DNA of 63,870 nt, counting the filler, from Choristocarpus tenellus KU-1152 (Eukaryota; Protista; Phaeophyceae), in NCBI GenBank assembly GCA_964200185.2. It is 11 parts of 11 records of this genome, joined end to end, with 100 filler letters (N's around TTAATTAATTAA, not from the genome) between each part and the next. Parts side by side here need not be neighbours in the genome. Positions count along the whole stretch, not along the records: positions 1 to 5,528 come from CAXNAD020010516.1; positions 5,629 to 13,884 come from CAXNAD020004928.1; 9 more parts are not named here. One strand, given 5' to 3'. Below the pieces are notes generated by a model. The model was not told the origin of the DNA and made no database searches. It was given only the letters and a program-made list of their open reading frames with translations. A program made the position numbers and the translations under genes. Shown one piece after another: positions 1 to 13,300 of this stretch. Each line of letters opens with the position of its first letter. Within the stretch, counting starts at the first letter, position 1.

Positions 1-219
1 CCCCCCCCAGATACTTTGACCCTCAGGATGGATAGTATATTGATGTGATATTGGCTCCACTCCTCAACTATTCTCTTACTACTGTGCTTTGTGCTCCTCC
101 ATAATGCCTACAACTCACAACTCAACCTACCTCCAAATGTGGTTATGCTCAATCTCTGGAATCTTGAAATATTTTGTTTTTGGGGTCCAGTTAAGTAGCC
201 GCGATCTGCTTCTGCTTGG

Positions 220-475
220 GAACTAATGCATTTAATAGGGTAGGGCTGTGTCGGTTTGGGGTCATAAATCCAACGTTGCAATTTTGGATTTTTGGCTATC
301 GTGTTTGTTAGCAAGTGTCGATAGCCTTGCTCTGGACATACCTTTGATAGTCCTACACATTTTAGGTAACTGTGTTCACACAGAAAACAGAAAAAGGGCG
401 TAAGAAACCCATGAGAAACCAAGCCCCAAACGGATAAACAGGGCAAAATTTCTACCCTCTTAAATACTTTGACTC
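220..475 (-). mobile_element. MITE family A (Sola2-like), degenerate full-length copy
   Basis: Right end CTACCCTCTTAAATACTTTGACTC; internal sequence matches the other copies; flanks TTGG/TTGA (near 4-bp TSD). Confidence 0.8.
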
Positions 476-3226
476 TTGAACTCTTCTGGGCTGCCTATTC
501 TCACCCTCAGAGTATTGGGCAATGTCCTCCCTGTACCAAAGCGGTCACAAAATCAGATAACATCACACTTAGGGATTGGTATATAACATTTTCCACTTGT
601 ACCTGTTCAGGGGTAGTGGTCTTTAAGGCACTGAAGGCTTGCATGACTTTTCCAGCTCCATCCGTTCATCATAGTTACTGGAACATTTACAGAATCTGTT
701 GCATGTATCACCGCTGAGTAATTCTTTTAACTAGACCCATCACCTGAGTATAGCAAAAGGACAAGGATAAAAGGGGCAAGGTGGTAGATGGAGAAGAAAG
801 TTTTTAATTAGAGAGGTAGAAAGCAGAGAAGCAACTGAAAGCGGCAAATGATGTGACATAGTTGGGTGACCTTGAAACAGGCTTGATTGTGAAGGGGGGG
901 AACAGGGTGTGTGTGATGTCAAAACATCACATGAAAGACACCTCTTGCATACAGAGTAGTTGTCAACAGGTTTTACAGGCGACAGGTGACTTCTACACTT
1001 CATTCCTCCTAGAAAAGCTTTCAGTTTCTGTTTTACAGTCCTAGTCCAAGTGCTTACTTCCCACATCAAATGTCGACAGATGTTGTGGGTGACCATCAAT
1101 GTTCTCATGAACAACGAGATAGGAGGTCTGAGGTGCAGGAAGCGGTTCATTGTGGAATAACTGGATCGCCATCAACTTGGTGTACGTCCTGCATCACTTT
1201 TTTCGGCTCAATCTTCCACGAGTACATCTCCAAGGACTTGTTGCTCTGGCTGGAATTTGAATTGGCGCCAACAGTTGACTGAGCTAATCATTTCCTGGCA
1301 TCTTGTTCTACAGCTTCCCTCTTGAATGTTTTACCAGTTGTGCACTCCAAATGCAGATCTATTATGCAGAGGTGGATCAAGATATGGTCGCCTTCCTCCA
1401 GCAATCAAAACCGTGTTATGATGGAATATGGACAGCTCAGGTTGAGGAAATATAAAAATGTTTATTCCCAAGTGTATTTCGGACAGTTTTGGGGGCTGCT
1501 GATATCTTTTGACCAGACAGCCCTGACCCATTTCACCTGGCCCGGTCTGGGTAAAATACTATTGCATCCAGGACCACCAGGGATGTGAACCGAACCAGGA
1601 TATAGACTGGTCCCTGAAAAATATGTTCCAACAGGACTCGCCTGGCCCCGTCAGAGTTGCTACTGGACTGGGGAGGGGCTGTTCCCTGCGATTTTATTGA
1701 AGCACTCGGTATATTTTAACTCGGATGTGGTTCCAGAGGCATCAGAGATGTGATTGGACCAGGTCGTAGACCAGCCCACAGTCCTGGTCTGTTCAACTGC
1801 AATTGCGGTGAAAAGTCCTGACTGAGAGAGCTCTAGAAGGAAATCCTTAATTAGAGTACTCCTTCTAGGCATTGATTTCTGTCTCCAATCTTTTTGCCCA
1901 CATAAAGAAGATACAAGCTCTGCTGTGGTTGGGGATACATTTACGAGATGTCACTCTCATCTATAACGATCTAAACTACTATTCAGTAGTAATACTTGTA
2001 GTAAGTAGGTCTTGGGGCTGCTCAGACCTTGGTGGGCACCTAGGATGAGTTAGCGCAATAAAGCCTGCTCAACCACAGCAATCACATCCCCTTTGTGCCT
2101 CGCCATGGTTATGGCAGCAATGACCTGTACGCGATGAATTGTAGAGCAGTGGTGCGAAGGGGTATACCTCCTTTTATATTGCCTGTAAGGAATACAAGAA
2201 TTGGTTGTTTTTGTGTTGAGGCGTTAAGCTGTTTCCACTTACGTTTTTGATACCTCTTCTTTTTCTTTGTCGACAGGAAGTTCTCATTGCCGTCTCGGAA
2301 ATTTCTTTGTAGAATCTTTTCTCAGTACACCTCTATGATGTTGCAGTTAGGGTTATTTTTTTTTTTAGAAACGCCCGATATATTTTTTATTGGCAGCGTT
2401 GGTTGCAGAGTTGAGGGTTAGGGTTATTTTGTGTGAAGATAAGATCTCGATTGGACAATGGTGACCACAGTTGTTCTTCTACTTCATTTTTTCCATCTCG
2501 TTCATTCAAGGATTTGCTGTTGATTTACGATTCTCACATGAACAAAAGATGCCCAAACCGCTCCAAGCATGGAATAATGCACTGACCTGTCTGTGTCCTA
2601 TGGATATTGAAGCATTCGAAGTTTAGAAAGGGGTTCTTACAGCATGTGGAGACATCCAGACATGGGGGGGTGCGACTTTGTGCATTGCTTGATATTGCAC
2701 CAGCATCGCCCAGTCCTTCCATACCAATAACAGGTTATCTTCATTTTGACCTATCATGAAAACCCTCTCCCTGGACAAACATATGGGGCCATACCCAACC
2801 CCTTTTGTCCACTCCACCGAAATTATACTCTGGAGTTATTTCTCCTATCGGCAATACCCTTTCACTCGAGCTACCACTGCTGCCTTGTAACTCAAGCTCT
2901 CCATTCCAGATCACTTATCGATGGACAGAAATTGCAAGGTAGAAAGAGGAGTAGATTGTGACCTACGGTAGCCTCACTCTGCACCTGATATAAAGGAGAA
3001 GATACTTGATACCACATAGAGGGCTCAATCTGTTCCACAGCATCGATCAAAAGTCATTCTGTACACCACTGTGAGTACTTCCTATCTTCACTTATCAGTT
3101 TGAACAGTTTACAGGTCGGAAAAATGTAAAAAAATAACCCATCGGAAAGCATTTGTTGCAACTTCATAGTGGACAGCATGGAACAGGCGGACCAGTCAGA
3201 TTTTGTTGAGATAAATAGCTGAACCT

Positions 3227-3490
3227 GACTAAAAGTATTTTAGAGGATAGGGCCGCATCCATTTATTTGGGGGCCAAAATCCAATGTTGCAATTTTGATG
3301 TAATTTTGGCTATCATGTTCGTTAGGAGATGCCAATATCCTTGTTCCGGACACTCCTTTTCAAAACATACACATTTTACCTACTCGGAAAGATTTTTGGG
3401 GTAGTTAAAATCTCATTAAGAACGTGTGGGTAGCCAAGCCCCAAATGGACAAACAGGCAAAAATTCGTACCCTCTCAGATACTGTCACTC
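3227..3490 (-). mobile_element. MITE family A, full length, 4-bp TSD ACCT
   Basis: ~24-bp TIR; ACCT at 3223-3226 and 3491-3494. Confidence 0.88.
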
Positions 3491-5124
3491 ACCTCATGTG
3501 AGGGTTTTTTGCAAGCCCTCCCCAAAACAACGAAAATATGATACCACCTTCGCCTTGAGCTTCTATATTATAGCCTGCTCGGCAAACCGTTTCAACTGAT
3601 GTTGAACATATTTTATATTTGAAAGCATGCGCTTGATCGATAAGCCTCTTTTTATCACACTGCCAATCTCGTAGTTTCAATCGCCTCACCCCCTCACCTT
3701 GTGAACATTTCTTTCCTGCGACAACGGAGGAACAACCCACCTGTTTGTTATATCCTGACTCATACTCCCATACTACCAAAGGATTGAAACAATCCATGCA
3801 AATAGTAGAGCTTCGATTTTTTTTTTTGTTCTGTTTTTTTTATCCACCCTCCTGGTAGAAATTCAGCCTCGCATTATTTTTAACCTACCCATTTTATTGT
3901 TTTAACGGAACTTCGGAGGAAGCGCTATGCTTGTTTAAGCCAATTGGGGACAACAATTAGGAAAGTCGCTTTCCATTGGGTGTTATCCAACGTTCACGAC
4001 CACGAGGGATGCACACTGAACCGATAACAATCGGTAGACCATGTTAACTGGGTTTGCAAACACTTTCATGTGTGGTGTCAAGTCCCATTGGTTGACGACT
4101 TGAAGGTGGCCTTCCAGTCTCTTCTTTGATTGGCGAATTAAATCATGTTCCTGTTCGTTTGACAGCCGAGCGGATTGGACTCCACCTTAGTTCACATGCT
4201 TCAATTAAGAATAGTTGTGGTGGGTACTTTTTTCATGTGAAGGAGTCAACACCCTATAGTACACCATTCTTGAGCGTATATTGTGGTGCCCAATTGGCCA
4301 TAATGCCACGCATCAATGATACCTAATAAGGGGCATTACATAGGCCTTGCAATCATGGAGCACCGAGGGAGTGGGAACTGAAGATCCACTACGTTTCATC
4401 GTATCACAGAGGCAAAACACTCTTCCAAGGTGTTGGAAAACTTTTGTTAACTTTTCTTGAACAGTTGGACGGGCCCATCGATCATAATTCAAGCTCTCGA
4501 GCTCTATATTGATGGGGGGTGGTCGTCAAATAATAATTCACGACACTCCTCGCATGAAATAAGATCACTACCATTTTTGTGACACGTCTTGCCTCCAACA
4601 TCAGCAAAATGTCAGCTAAACTGAGGTTTACTCTTTTCCTTTTTCCTTCATCTGTTTCTTTTGTTTCTGAGCGATTAATCTCTCTTTCCCCCCCCTCCCC
4701 CGGGTATTGCGCAACTACTTCCCTGTGTGATTTACGACCGCAGGTTCGGGATCCCTGAGAATAATGCGAAGAAAATTTCTTATGCTGAGAAAAAGAAAAA
4801 TTTATCCAAATATTTTTTGTTTAATCCCCCGAAATATATAATCCAATCACCTCCCTTTGTTTCGTGGTGTCAGGTGTCTCTACAATAACTCCACCCCGTG
4901 TCCACTCTCCTGTAGAGTCACACTTTCTGCAGCAATAAAATACTTTTGACCTTGTAAGCGGTATGCAGAGGAGGGGAGGTGTTACGTGTTTGTGTGTGCC
5001 CGGGTGAGAGAACTAACGCCATCACAACGAGCCACCGCTCCACCTCCAAAACCTAGCAAAAAAAAAGAATAGGTGTGTACCCTTGCTGGTAACGCCGACT
5101 CAGAAAAAAAACTTAAAAAAAAGG

Positions 5125-5127
<3 letters not shown>

Positions 5128-5195
<68 letters not shown>

Positions 5196-5197
5196 TG
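5128..5197. repeat. (GT)n microsatellite downstream of the glutaredoxin stop
   Basis: More than 30 consecutive GT units with one interruption. Confidence 0.97.
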
Positions 5198-5290
5198 GAG
5201 GAATTAAAAATGGATCTTTAAAGCACTGATTCTTATTTTTATGAGCAGGGGAATAGAACTAAACTCAACGACAGAATCTCAGTGAGCACG

Positions 5291-5431
5291 TCATTCTATG
5301 AACTTGGCCTCGGAACTCTCAAGAGCCTTCTTGAGCTCTCCCGATTGAAAGGAGTCGATCATGATGTCACAACCCCCAGTGAATTCTCCGTCGATGTAAA
5401 GCTGAGGGATCGTAGGCCAGTTCGCGTAGTC
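5291..5431 (-). CDS. Monothiol (CGFS-type, Grx5/GrxD-like) glutaredoxin, terminal exon; upstream exons lost at the contig end
   Basis: After a CAG acceptor the exon reads DYANWPTIPQLYIDGEFTGGCDIMIDSFQSGELKKALESSEAKFIE*. WPTIPQLY and GEFxGGCDI are hallmark motifs of monothiol glutaredoxins. Confidence 0.92.
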   Translation of the reverse strand, partial: DYANWPTIPQLYIDGEFTGGCDIMIDSFQSGELKKALESSEAKFIE

Positions 5432-5528
5432 CTGAAGCAAGCAGTACGGGCAAGGAAGGGGGGGGGGGGGGGGGGGGGAAGGAAGAAGCAGATACTTTCA
5501 TAATGGTTCACTAAAAAAGCGCATCTTT

Positions 5529-5628
5529 NNNNNNNNNNNNNNNNNNNNNNNNNNNNNNNNNNNNNNNNNNNNTTAATTAATTAANNNNNNNNNNNNNNNN
5601 NNNNNNNNNNNNNNNNNNNNNNNNNNNN
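5529..5628. other. Artificial contig linker N44-TTAATTAATTAA-N44 (first of ten; others at 13885-13984, 17778-17877, 22809-22908, 25529-25628, 30780-30879, 36718-36817, 39788-39887, 55549-55648, 61064-61163)
   Basis: Identical 100-nt structure each time; the palindromic TTAATTAATTAA core puts stop codons in all six frames, as in a pseudo-molecule spacer. Confidence 0.98.
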
Positions 5629-5796
5629 GGTCACCTTGGTGTAGACCCCCCCTCCCTCCCCCCAGGTACTTTGAGCCATCCAGTGAGTGACTTACCACCT
5701 TGCATAGGCACCATTCCACCCATTCTCTCATGCTCAACAACATTGAACAAACCCAAAATGAAGTGTAGGCTGTAGCCCCACCCGTGCTACACTGAC

Positions 5797-8700
5797 CTGT
5801 TTCTTCAGGTCAGCTATGGCAGTCTCGAAGTTGGAGTTAACTTGTTGTGACAAACCCTGCAAATTGTCCCTGGCATCTTCCAGTCCCTGAGCAATACCCT
5901 CTGTGTGCTTGAAGGTACTCTCTTGCACATCCAACACCTATTATATAAAAATTTTTATGAACAAACAACAGCAGCATTGGCAGCATAATCATGCATGGGC
6001 GGTTTGAGAAGGGGTGGATTAAAGAGTGATTATTGACCATTTTTGCATCTTATGTCTATTTCATTTGGTTTGTCTGCACAATGGTGTCTGCAAAATCGAC
6101 GTCCCCTCCTCTTACACACAAAATGATGTCGCAGTTCAGCAAAAGGACCTGAAACAAATGCAACCTTACCTAGCTCTCAATTACTTTGGCTCAGACTTTG
6201 TAGTTCAACCAGAAATCGATGCAAAGATGAATGTTGAAGAACGAGAAACAAGGAGATATGTATTAGAGTCACCAAAGAGTAAATGTATCTTAGAGGGTAC
6301 GAGTTTTTCCCTGTTTGTTCATTTGGGGCTTGGCTTCCCACGGGTTTTTAATGACACTTTTTCTACTCCAAAATGTTTCAGAGTAGGTAAAATGTATACA
6401 TTATTAAAAGGTGTGTCCGGAACAAGGATATTGACATCTCCTAACAAATATGATAGCCAAAATTACATCAAAATCGCAACATTGGATTTGGCCCCCAAAT
6501 GGACATGACTCTACCCTCTAAGATACTTTGACTCAAATTACTTCGAGCCAATAGTGTGTCCTTGCTCTTCCACATCCCCTAACACAAACTCAACCTAGTA
6601 CCAGGGTTAGGAATATAAAAAAAAGAGAGCTTGTCAACTAAAAAAATATACATGGTGGAGGACGTCTCAGTCATCACAGGTAGTGCCTGGTGAAATTCTC
6701 CATCTAGCAGCAATTTCCCTTCCCATATAGCCAGCAATATATCCCACTCAAGCAGCCAACCAACCTGTTCTTGAACTTTGAGGGACTGCTCAGCACGCTC
6801 GAAGGTTGCAAACGAGGCAGCTGACATGCCCTGGATCAGGGCCTCTGTCTGCTCCTGCCATTCAACGTGCCTCAGGAAGTGGCATATGCTTTCCACCTTG
6901 AGTGTCATGTGCAGGGAGAGTGGAGAGAACCAAGAGTGTGGGCAATCGTATACAAGGAAGGATTCCCCCATCGATACAGGGTGTGCAAAAATCCACCAGG
7001 TTCTATGTAGTAGCTGACACCCTGTTGTAGGATGAGAAGCCTCAGCATCTTTTGGCCCATTCATTGTATCATGTATTTATTACTTCACAAGACAGGTCGG
7101 CTTCAATTTTAGTTTAAGTCAGGATCGAAGTAGTGGCAGGAAACATGAAATGAGGATTGATTTTCACTCGAGTGGCATTGACTGTGAGTGTCTCAATACG
7201 CTCACAAAGTGACTTTCCCCTTCAACCTCAATGTATCCCCCCCACACACATTAGTCATAGTCTGAGGAAGGAAGTGAAAGAGGAGGAGCATACAATCAAT
7301 GTTCACACTCTGCTCAGGCACTGTAAATCATGTAAATTATGTTAGATAGGCCCACACAGATGAACTAGGAGTAAAACTGGATTGTGGATTAGGTATGAGG
7401 CGGAGGAGGATGTATTTCTGCTAGAACTGGTTCTGGATGCTTTAAAAAATGCACCTTGGAACATTGTGATGCGTGTGTTCTTTCAACCCCATGACTTGAT
7501 ATGATTAATTAAACAAGATACAACCCCACACTTAGTTAGACAGTTTACACCTATTTCTTCAATCCAAACTGATGGGATGCTTTTTACATGATGGAAGTAT
7601 GAAGTATATGCAGTGAAGGCCACATCATCATCCTTCATTCCACGAACACAATTACTATCGTTGTCTCCTGGAGCACAGGTAGTGGTCTCCCTACCCGAGT
7701 CCTGTTGTGTTATGCAGCAGGCACACATGTTTTAGTAGATGGAGGTAGTGTGCATAGTGCGCGAGACGAAAGACCGCTCAAAGACACATTTAATGAGAAA
7801 TAGGTATGCATCAAATCGAAATATATTTGTGTGTGCTTTGACCACTATTACTGCATGTGGACCTAGGCAATCATGCGACGACCTTGTGATACACACATGG
7901 CGATCAATAGATTTCCGTCATATTTTGTATCTCCTAAAGAAGAGGCTGGAGGTACCACAACACAACTCAAGGTCTAATAGGAGGATCGACCTCTAGATGG
8001 CAGTTGGTGAGTTGCACAGCCAGCCTTTGTTTCTTAGAGTGCGCCATTGTCTTGCAGTCGGCACCAATGCCTTGCACAGCACTTTTCCAGCACAGACTGT
8101 CTAACCCTTTGTGCTCAAGAATTTGAAACTGTTCCCTTCCCAATCTGTTGTTGGAGAGGAGGTAAGGTCAGGAGAAAGGCAGGTGACGAGTGCGAAGGTA
8201 ACGAGTCGCAGCAAAAAGTGAGAATCGTGTGCTTTTCCGTAAGAACCTGCCTGTTGAATTCTTCGTACAGATCGACATCCAGCTGAAAGTCTGTCAGCCT
8301 GACTACAGATTTTGACATTGCAGGGAGATTTTCTCCATCTTCACTGTTGTCCCATTGAATCGGCTCATCTTCGCTGTTATGGTTGTTACGCGGTATATCA
8401 AAAGTGTCATCATGATCTTCAGCGGAGTCCACAAAGAAGAGCTGCAAGGGCAGAACAAGGTTACCTTGCGATCAGTGAAACACAACGAAAAAAACGATAA
8501 ATGGAGTATTCTTAAAATTCGAAGTGAACGAGGCAAATTCCTTCTCTGCCCATGCTATGCTAGAAAATCTTCCAGGGGAAAATGTACCGAGAACTGCAAA
8601 ATTACTATCGTGCACTACGTGAAATGTTATATGCTACCACAGGAAAGTAGGACGAGGTACAACAGAAGAGGTGAGAGTACTGCTTGCCTTTTCGACAAGG

Positions 8701-8801
8701 AAGCCCAAAACTGGCTGGCTTGGGTTGCCAAGAGCATCAATGGTTGACACGGTTGATGAGAAAAGCAGGGGTAAGGTAAATAAAGAGCTTCTTGCAACCA
8801 T
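5797..8801 (-). CDS. GEX1: GEX1/KAR5/Brambleberry-family nuclear envelope fusion protein, 5' part. Exons 8801-8688, 8441-8251, 8144-7991, 7701-7588, 6896-6765, 5937-5797; 3' end beyond the contig
   Basis: Spliced translation gives a signal peptide (MVARSSLFTLPLLFSSTVSTIDA), then the family Cys-rich domain CWKSAVQGIGADCKTMAHSKKQRLAVQLTNCHLE|DSGRETTTC...C...M..DVAFTAYTSYFHH|VESICHFLRHVEWQEQTEALI, then coiled-coil-like sequence. Exon phases are consistent if introns 1 and 2 use GC donors. Confidence 0.88.
6277..6534 (+). mobile_element. MITE family A, full length, inside GEX1 intron 5
   Basis: GAGTAAATGTATCTTAGAGGGTAC...CTACCCTCTAAGATACTTTGACTC. Confidence 0.88.
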
Positions 8802-10397
8802 GGCGACTTTTCCTCTGTCTGGCCTATCTCGCGTTCCTGTCGCTCCAATCTGCGGTGTTTGGTTATTGAAAGCATTAGTCTGAACTCTTCGCACGGCACG
8901 AAGGGAACGCTATTGATAATAATTCGATACGACGTGATGACAAGAGAAAGCGTTCCCAAGTAGCAGTTTAGAATATGGGGTCTTGTCCAATCAAACGAAC
9001 CTGGGTTTGCAGTGGTCCCTACAAACGACCTTGAAAACAGGGGATGATTGAAATCGATCTTTCCCTGGACTTCACAATCACAACTACTGTCGGATAAACA
9101 TCCCTATGAACGCCTTTGGGAGCACCGTATTTATATCAGCTTCATAAACTCTCATTCTTCAACCATCACTGATGTCAAATAGACACCATCTACCATCCAC
9201 ATTTCACCACTACTACTTACTGTGCGACACAATATTTGTACGTACCTAGTACTATGTGCATTGCAATAATAACTCTTCTTGAGGTAGCCCTGTTTCAGTA
9301 ATACGCGATTCCTGTACCGCTTACAGTAGTAGCAGTAGTATAATAGTATGTTGGTTTAAGTGGAAGGTGGGAATGGGTTGGGGTAAACGAGGGTAAAGGT
9401 TTTCATTTTCAAACTCTATTCTGGTCGATTGGTATTTTCAAAGGGTTTTGAGATATATCTCGATGTTGAGAACAGTTGTTGAGGGGACTTGGCTCTACAT
9501 CTGTCATTGAGTAGTATTGATGGATGGAGTTGTTTTGTTACGAAAATATATTGACTTCTCAATTTCTATCTACCAGATCCTCCTTCAAGAACTGTCTTAG
9601 TAACACAAAATATGCTCTAAAACCCGAAAAACTTCATCATTCTTCGATTAAACAGTTTGATATTTTTGCCAGAACCCCCAAAATAGAAAAAATATAAGGG
9701 GACCAAGGAAAATATTGAGGTGATGTTGGTCCTCAATAAATTAATCCCAGCCACCGACCAACACTACATCCATCCCCTGTTGCTCCCCTGAAATACCGTT
9801 TTCTGTGCTATTGCACAGGGGAGGGTACTCCCTTGGCTGCAATCTAGGTCTTCAGGACAGAAGACTGCCCCACGGTGGCTGTTGACATCCCGCCACGTCC
9901 AACCTCTGCACGAGGGGACCTCATTTTCCCGCCTGTTACTGACATTGAATCTCCCATCTGGGTTGATACTAGCAGGGCGGATGTACACATGAGACAATAG
10001 GGTGGCTCGTCATGTTGTTCTGGTAATGCACGTACCTGATGGGAATGTCGAGGGAAAGACCTTTAACGATTCCTATATATGAACTTTCTCCATATACCCT
10101 GGAAAACTCGTATCATCGCACCCCCTTTATATAAAGTATTCACAGAAACTGAGAACAGGTTCGGTGTTCTGTTTCCCAAGCCTTACATCACAGTGAATTG
10201 TAGAATTTTGAATTCAATTTTATTTGGAGATGAACATGCCCGAACGTACGAATTAGTTCATGTATCAGAGCATGCGTTCACAGTAACGTTCACGATCGAC
10301 TCCCTCTGCAAATAGGAGTTACCTTTTGCAAGATCTGTAACACGTTGACCAACTCCACCCCCGCTTCGTTTCGTCCTTTCATGTTCCCCGTGCAGTC

Positions 10398-13300
10398 ATG
10401 AGTGAATACCCTGGAGAGCTCGGCCATCACATCAACGCACCCCAATCGGACCAGTCGGGTCATTACTTGGACCTGGAGCGTCAACTGAGGTTTCCCTCGT
10501 ACCTGCCCTCAACAACCAACGCACCTTTACCGTCTGTGTTTCGCGGTGACAATGCCATCGCGGTGCCTAGCCGCCTAGATCACGTTCGCAACCTGTCAAC
10601 AAATTCATCTTCCATCCAAGACCTGATTGGCGGGAGCAGTCGCATCCCGTGTTCTCCTCATGTGCGAGATATGGGATACAAGATCAATAGTGTTGGGCAA
10701 AGGATTTCTGATGGATTCGTACCCAATGAAGCAACCTTGCAGGTGCACGAGGAGAGTGGTAATATCATCTCACAGGCCCCTGTGGTCTATTCAAGATTAT
10801 TTTCGCGTCTTTCTCGACGGTGGTGTAATCGATAATTTATTTATAGTTGTGAGAGGGAGGCTCAGGCAGTACTTATGGTCCCTCCACCCCTGCTGGTTTT
10901 GCTACAGAAAGCAACACTAAGGGAATACCCTCCCGGACGGTGCAGCCAACTAAGGCATCCCAAATCCTTGATCGCTTGTTCCTTGAATGATGTATATCTA
11001 TTGTGCACTTAGTGTGAACTATCTGCTAGGGAGAGGATTGTATTGACGTGCTTTTGCTATTTTGTACAAGTCATGATACTTCGCCCCTCTGTGTTGTTTT
11101 TTGTCATGGAAATTTTTTCTTTAGGACCATGTTTTCATCCCATCCTTTCCTTCAACTACGACACTGCGGTGCTCAGTACCTGATGTGTGCGATGTGTCTG
11201 CCTGCTGTCGTCCTTGTCTCTCAGGATTTCCAACAACAACCCCACCTCCATCAAGTTGCAGGCATACACAACCAAAGCCGATTTCCTCCCTCCCGCCGTG
11301 TGGCGGATAGTGCAGCTATTGGTGCTGCCTCTGGACCGGTGCTGTCCTCTGCAAGAACAGCAGGTTACCATGGGAATATTTCTGGGATAGGTCTGCAAGG
11401 TGCCATGGGCGCAGTTTCTAGTGATGCACAACTGGCTCGTGCCCCCTTTGGTGGAAATGATGCGCTTCTCTCAGGCCGCCAATCAACCATGTTCCCTCCA
11501 ATGGGCCCAAGTTCAGGTGGATCAGGGATGTACACGTATGCTCAGCCCAACACTCCCTGGGTCCCCACAGGTAAGGAAGACAACAGGGACTTCCCTAAAG
11601 GTGGGATTGGGAGCTGGGGGGAGGCGAGGTGGTCAAGGCAGTCAGGTGGAGGATTTATGGCTGCTCGAGAAGATAAATCAAGGTGTGTTTGTTATGATTG
11701 ACTACTGTCTCCCACTGACGACCTTTATTACCCAGTAGTCCCACAAAGATGTTACAGTTTCTACTATTTTGTGCGGAAAGCTGTTGTTGAAGATTACAGA
11801 CGAGTCCTAGGCATGCGGGAAGATAGAGAGCAGTGCTTTGAGTGTTTATTCAGGGTGCATATATCTTGTGGCTTGATAAATAATAGTATCCACCTGTGCT
11901 TCTCCAGTAATGGGTCCTGACAAATGTCACTATTGAAAGTGGTAGATTTGCCTCGACGTATTCTACTGAAACAATCTCCTGATTGGTGGAAGAAAACCTC
12001 ATTGCAACAGAACAGTCGGTTTGTAAGGAGGCAAAAACTATACAGATGGAAGCGACATAATGCCATACAAGGATCACTTTCATTTAAGTAGTAGGTGCCA
12101 GGGCAAGAAAATGGATTTCCTTCCTTTGTTTATACATTTTGGTTTATACAGCTATGTTATGTTAATGCCTAGTGGCAGTGGTTGTGTGATGCAACCACGT
12201 TTCACACACCACAGGTTCACTCTAGTATGTGACATTGAAAACCTGTTAGTGAATGTGATAGAGTCATGGTGTTCAGAGAGAATTTTCTCGACACCCTCCA
12301 ACTTTGGGGAAGTGCAGCTTGTTGAGTGTGTAGTATATACTATTAATAGTACGATACATATATATTGGTTATCGTTCTGATAGAAATTGATACCCTTGTT
12401 GGAGTTTGTTGCGGGCATGGCAGATCATGGAGTATTGTGTGGCTCCATCATCCGCATGTTCTGAGCCACACCGTATCGCAATTGTGAGGCATAGCCACTT
12501 TTAAACATGACTGTTACTGAATCCATGCATTTTTGTGATGTGGCTCTTTGTTTTATCATCCCTGGGTCATCACGATTTTGCCTCTATGACCTTAAAAAAT
12601 TGGAAGGCGTTGCTTATCGATCAGGAGCAGCACAGCAGTTGTGAGAGCAACTTTGAGGGTAGTGCTTGATTGTTTCCCCTCTTTAGAACAGTACCAATCA
12701 GGAAGTGTGATACTGTACCTTTAGTAACTCTTAGTTTCATACCTTGTGGGGTGATATGAAGTGACCAGACCTTCTGCTCCCATGGTCAGAAATTACAAGT
12801 TGCCTACCAAGTCATGAGGGTGGTACACAGAGGTCATGTGCTGGAAAAATTTCAGTTCATTATCACTCCTTGAGTTCTTGTGGTTGTTTTTGGTGATTTA
12901 CAACAGAGAAAGTGCAAAATAGGTTAAAGCGATCCTCACAGGCGTTTGACTCTGTCATGCTCTATAGCAGTAATTGCTAAATAGGTTTAAATCGATCCTA
13001 AAAGGTGGGTACTCTGTGGTGCTCTGTAGCAGTAATTGCTAAATAGGTTTACATCAACCCTGACAGGCGTTTGAGTATGTAGTGTGCTCTGCAGCAGTAA
13101 TTGCCAAATAGGTTTAAGTCGATCCTAAAAGGTGGGTACTCTGTGGTGCTCTGTAGTGCAGCAAAGTTCTTTTGTGATGCTCCAGTATTAACATCCCCCT
13201 ATGTGGTGCTTGATTGTCATGAGCTTGTGAGAAGGATTAATCACACTCTAGGTGAGATTTGCAGAAAAACTCTTCAGAACATGAATGTGACCTCGCTAAC

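Noticed and set aside
3900-4620. Possible decayed transposase on the minus strand (…VLHDCKAYVMPL…)
   Set aside because: Similarity too faint to support without a search.
5573-5584. Recurrent TTAATTAATTAA palindrome between N runs
   Set aside because: Synthetic six-frame-stop linker, not biological.
6026-6508. ORFs containing LFVHLGLGFP / YDSQNYIKIATLDFGP, seen several times in the ORF track
   Set aside because: Chance translations of MITE family A; frames differ among copies.
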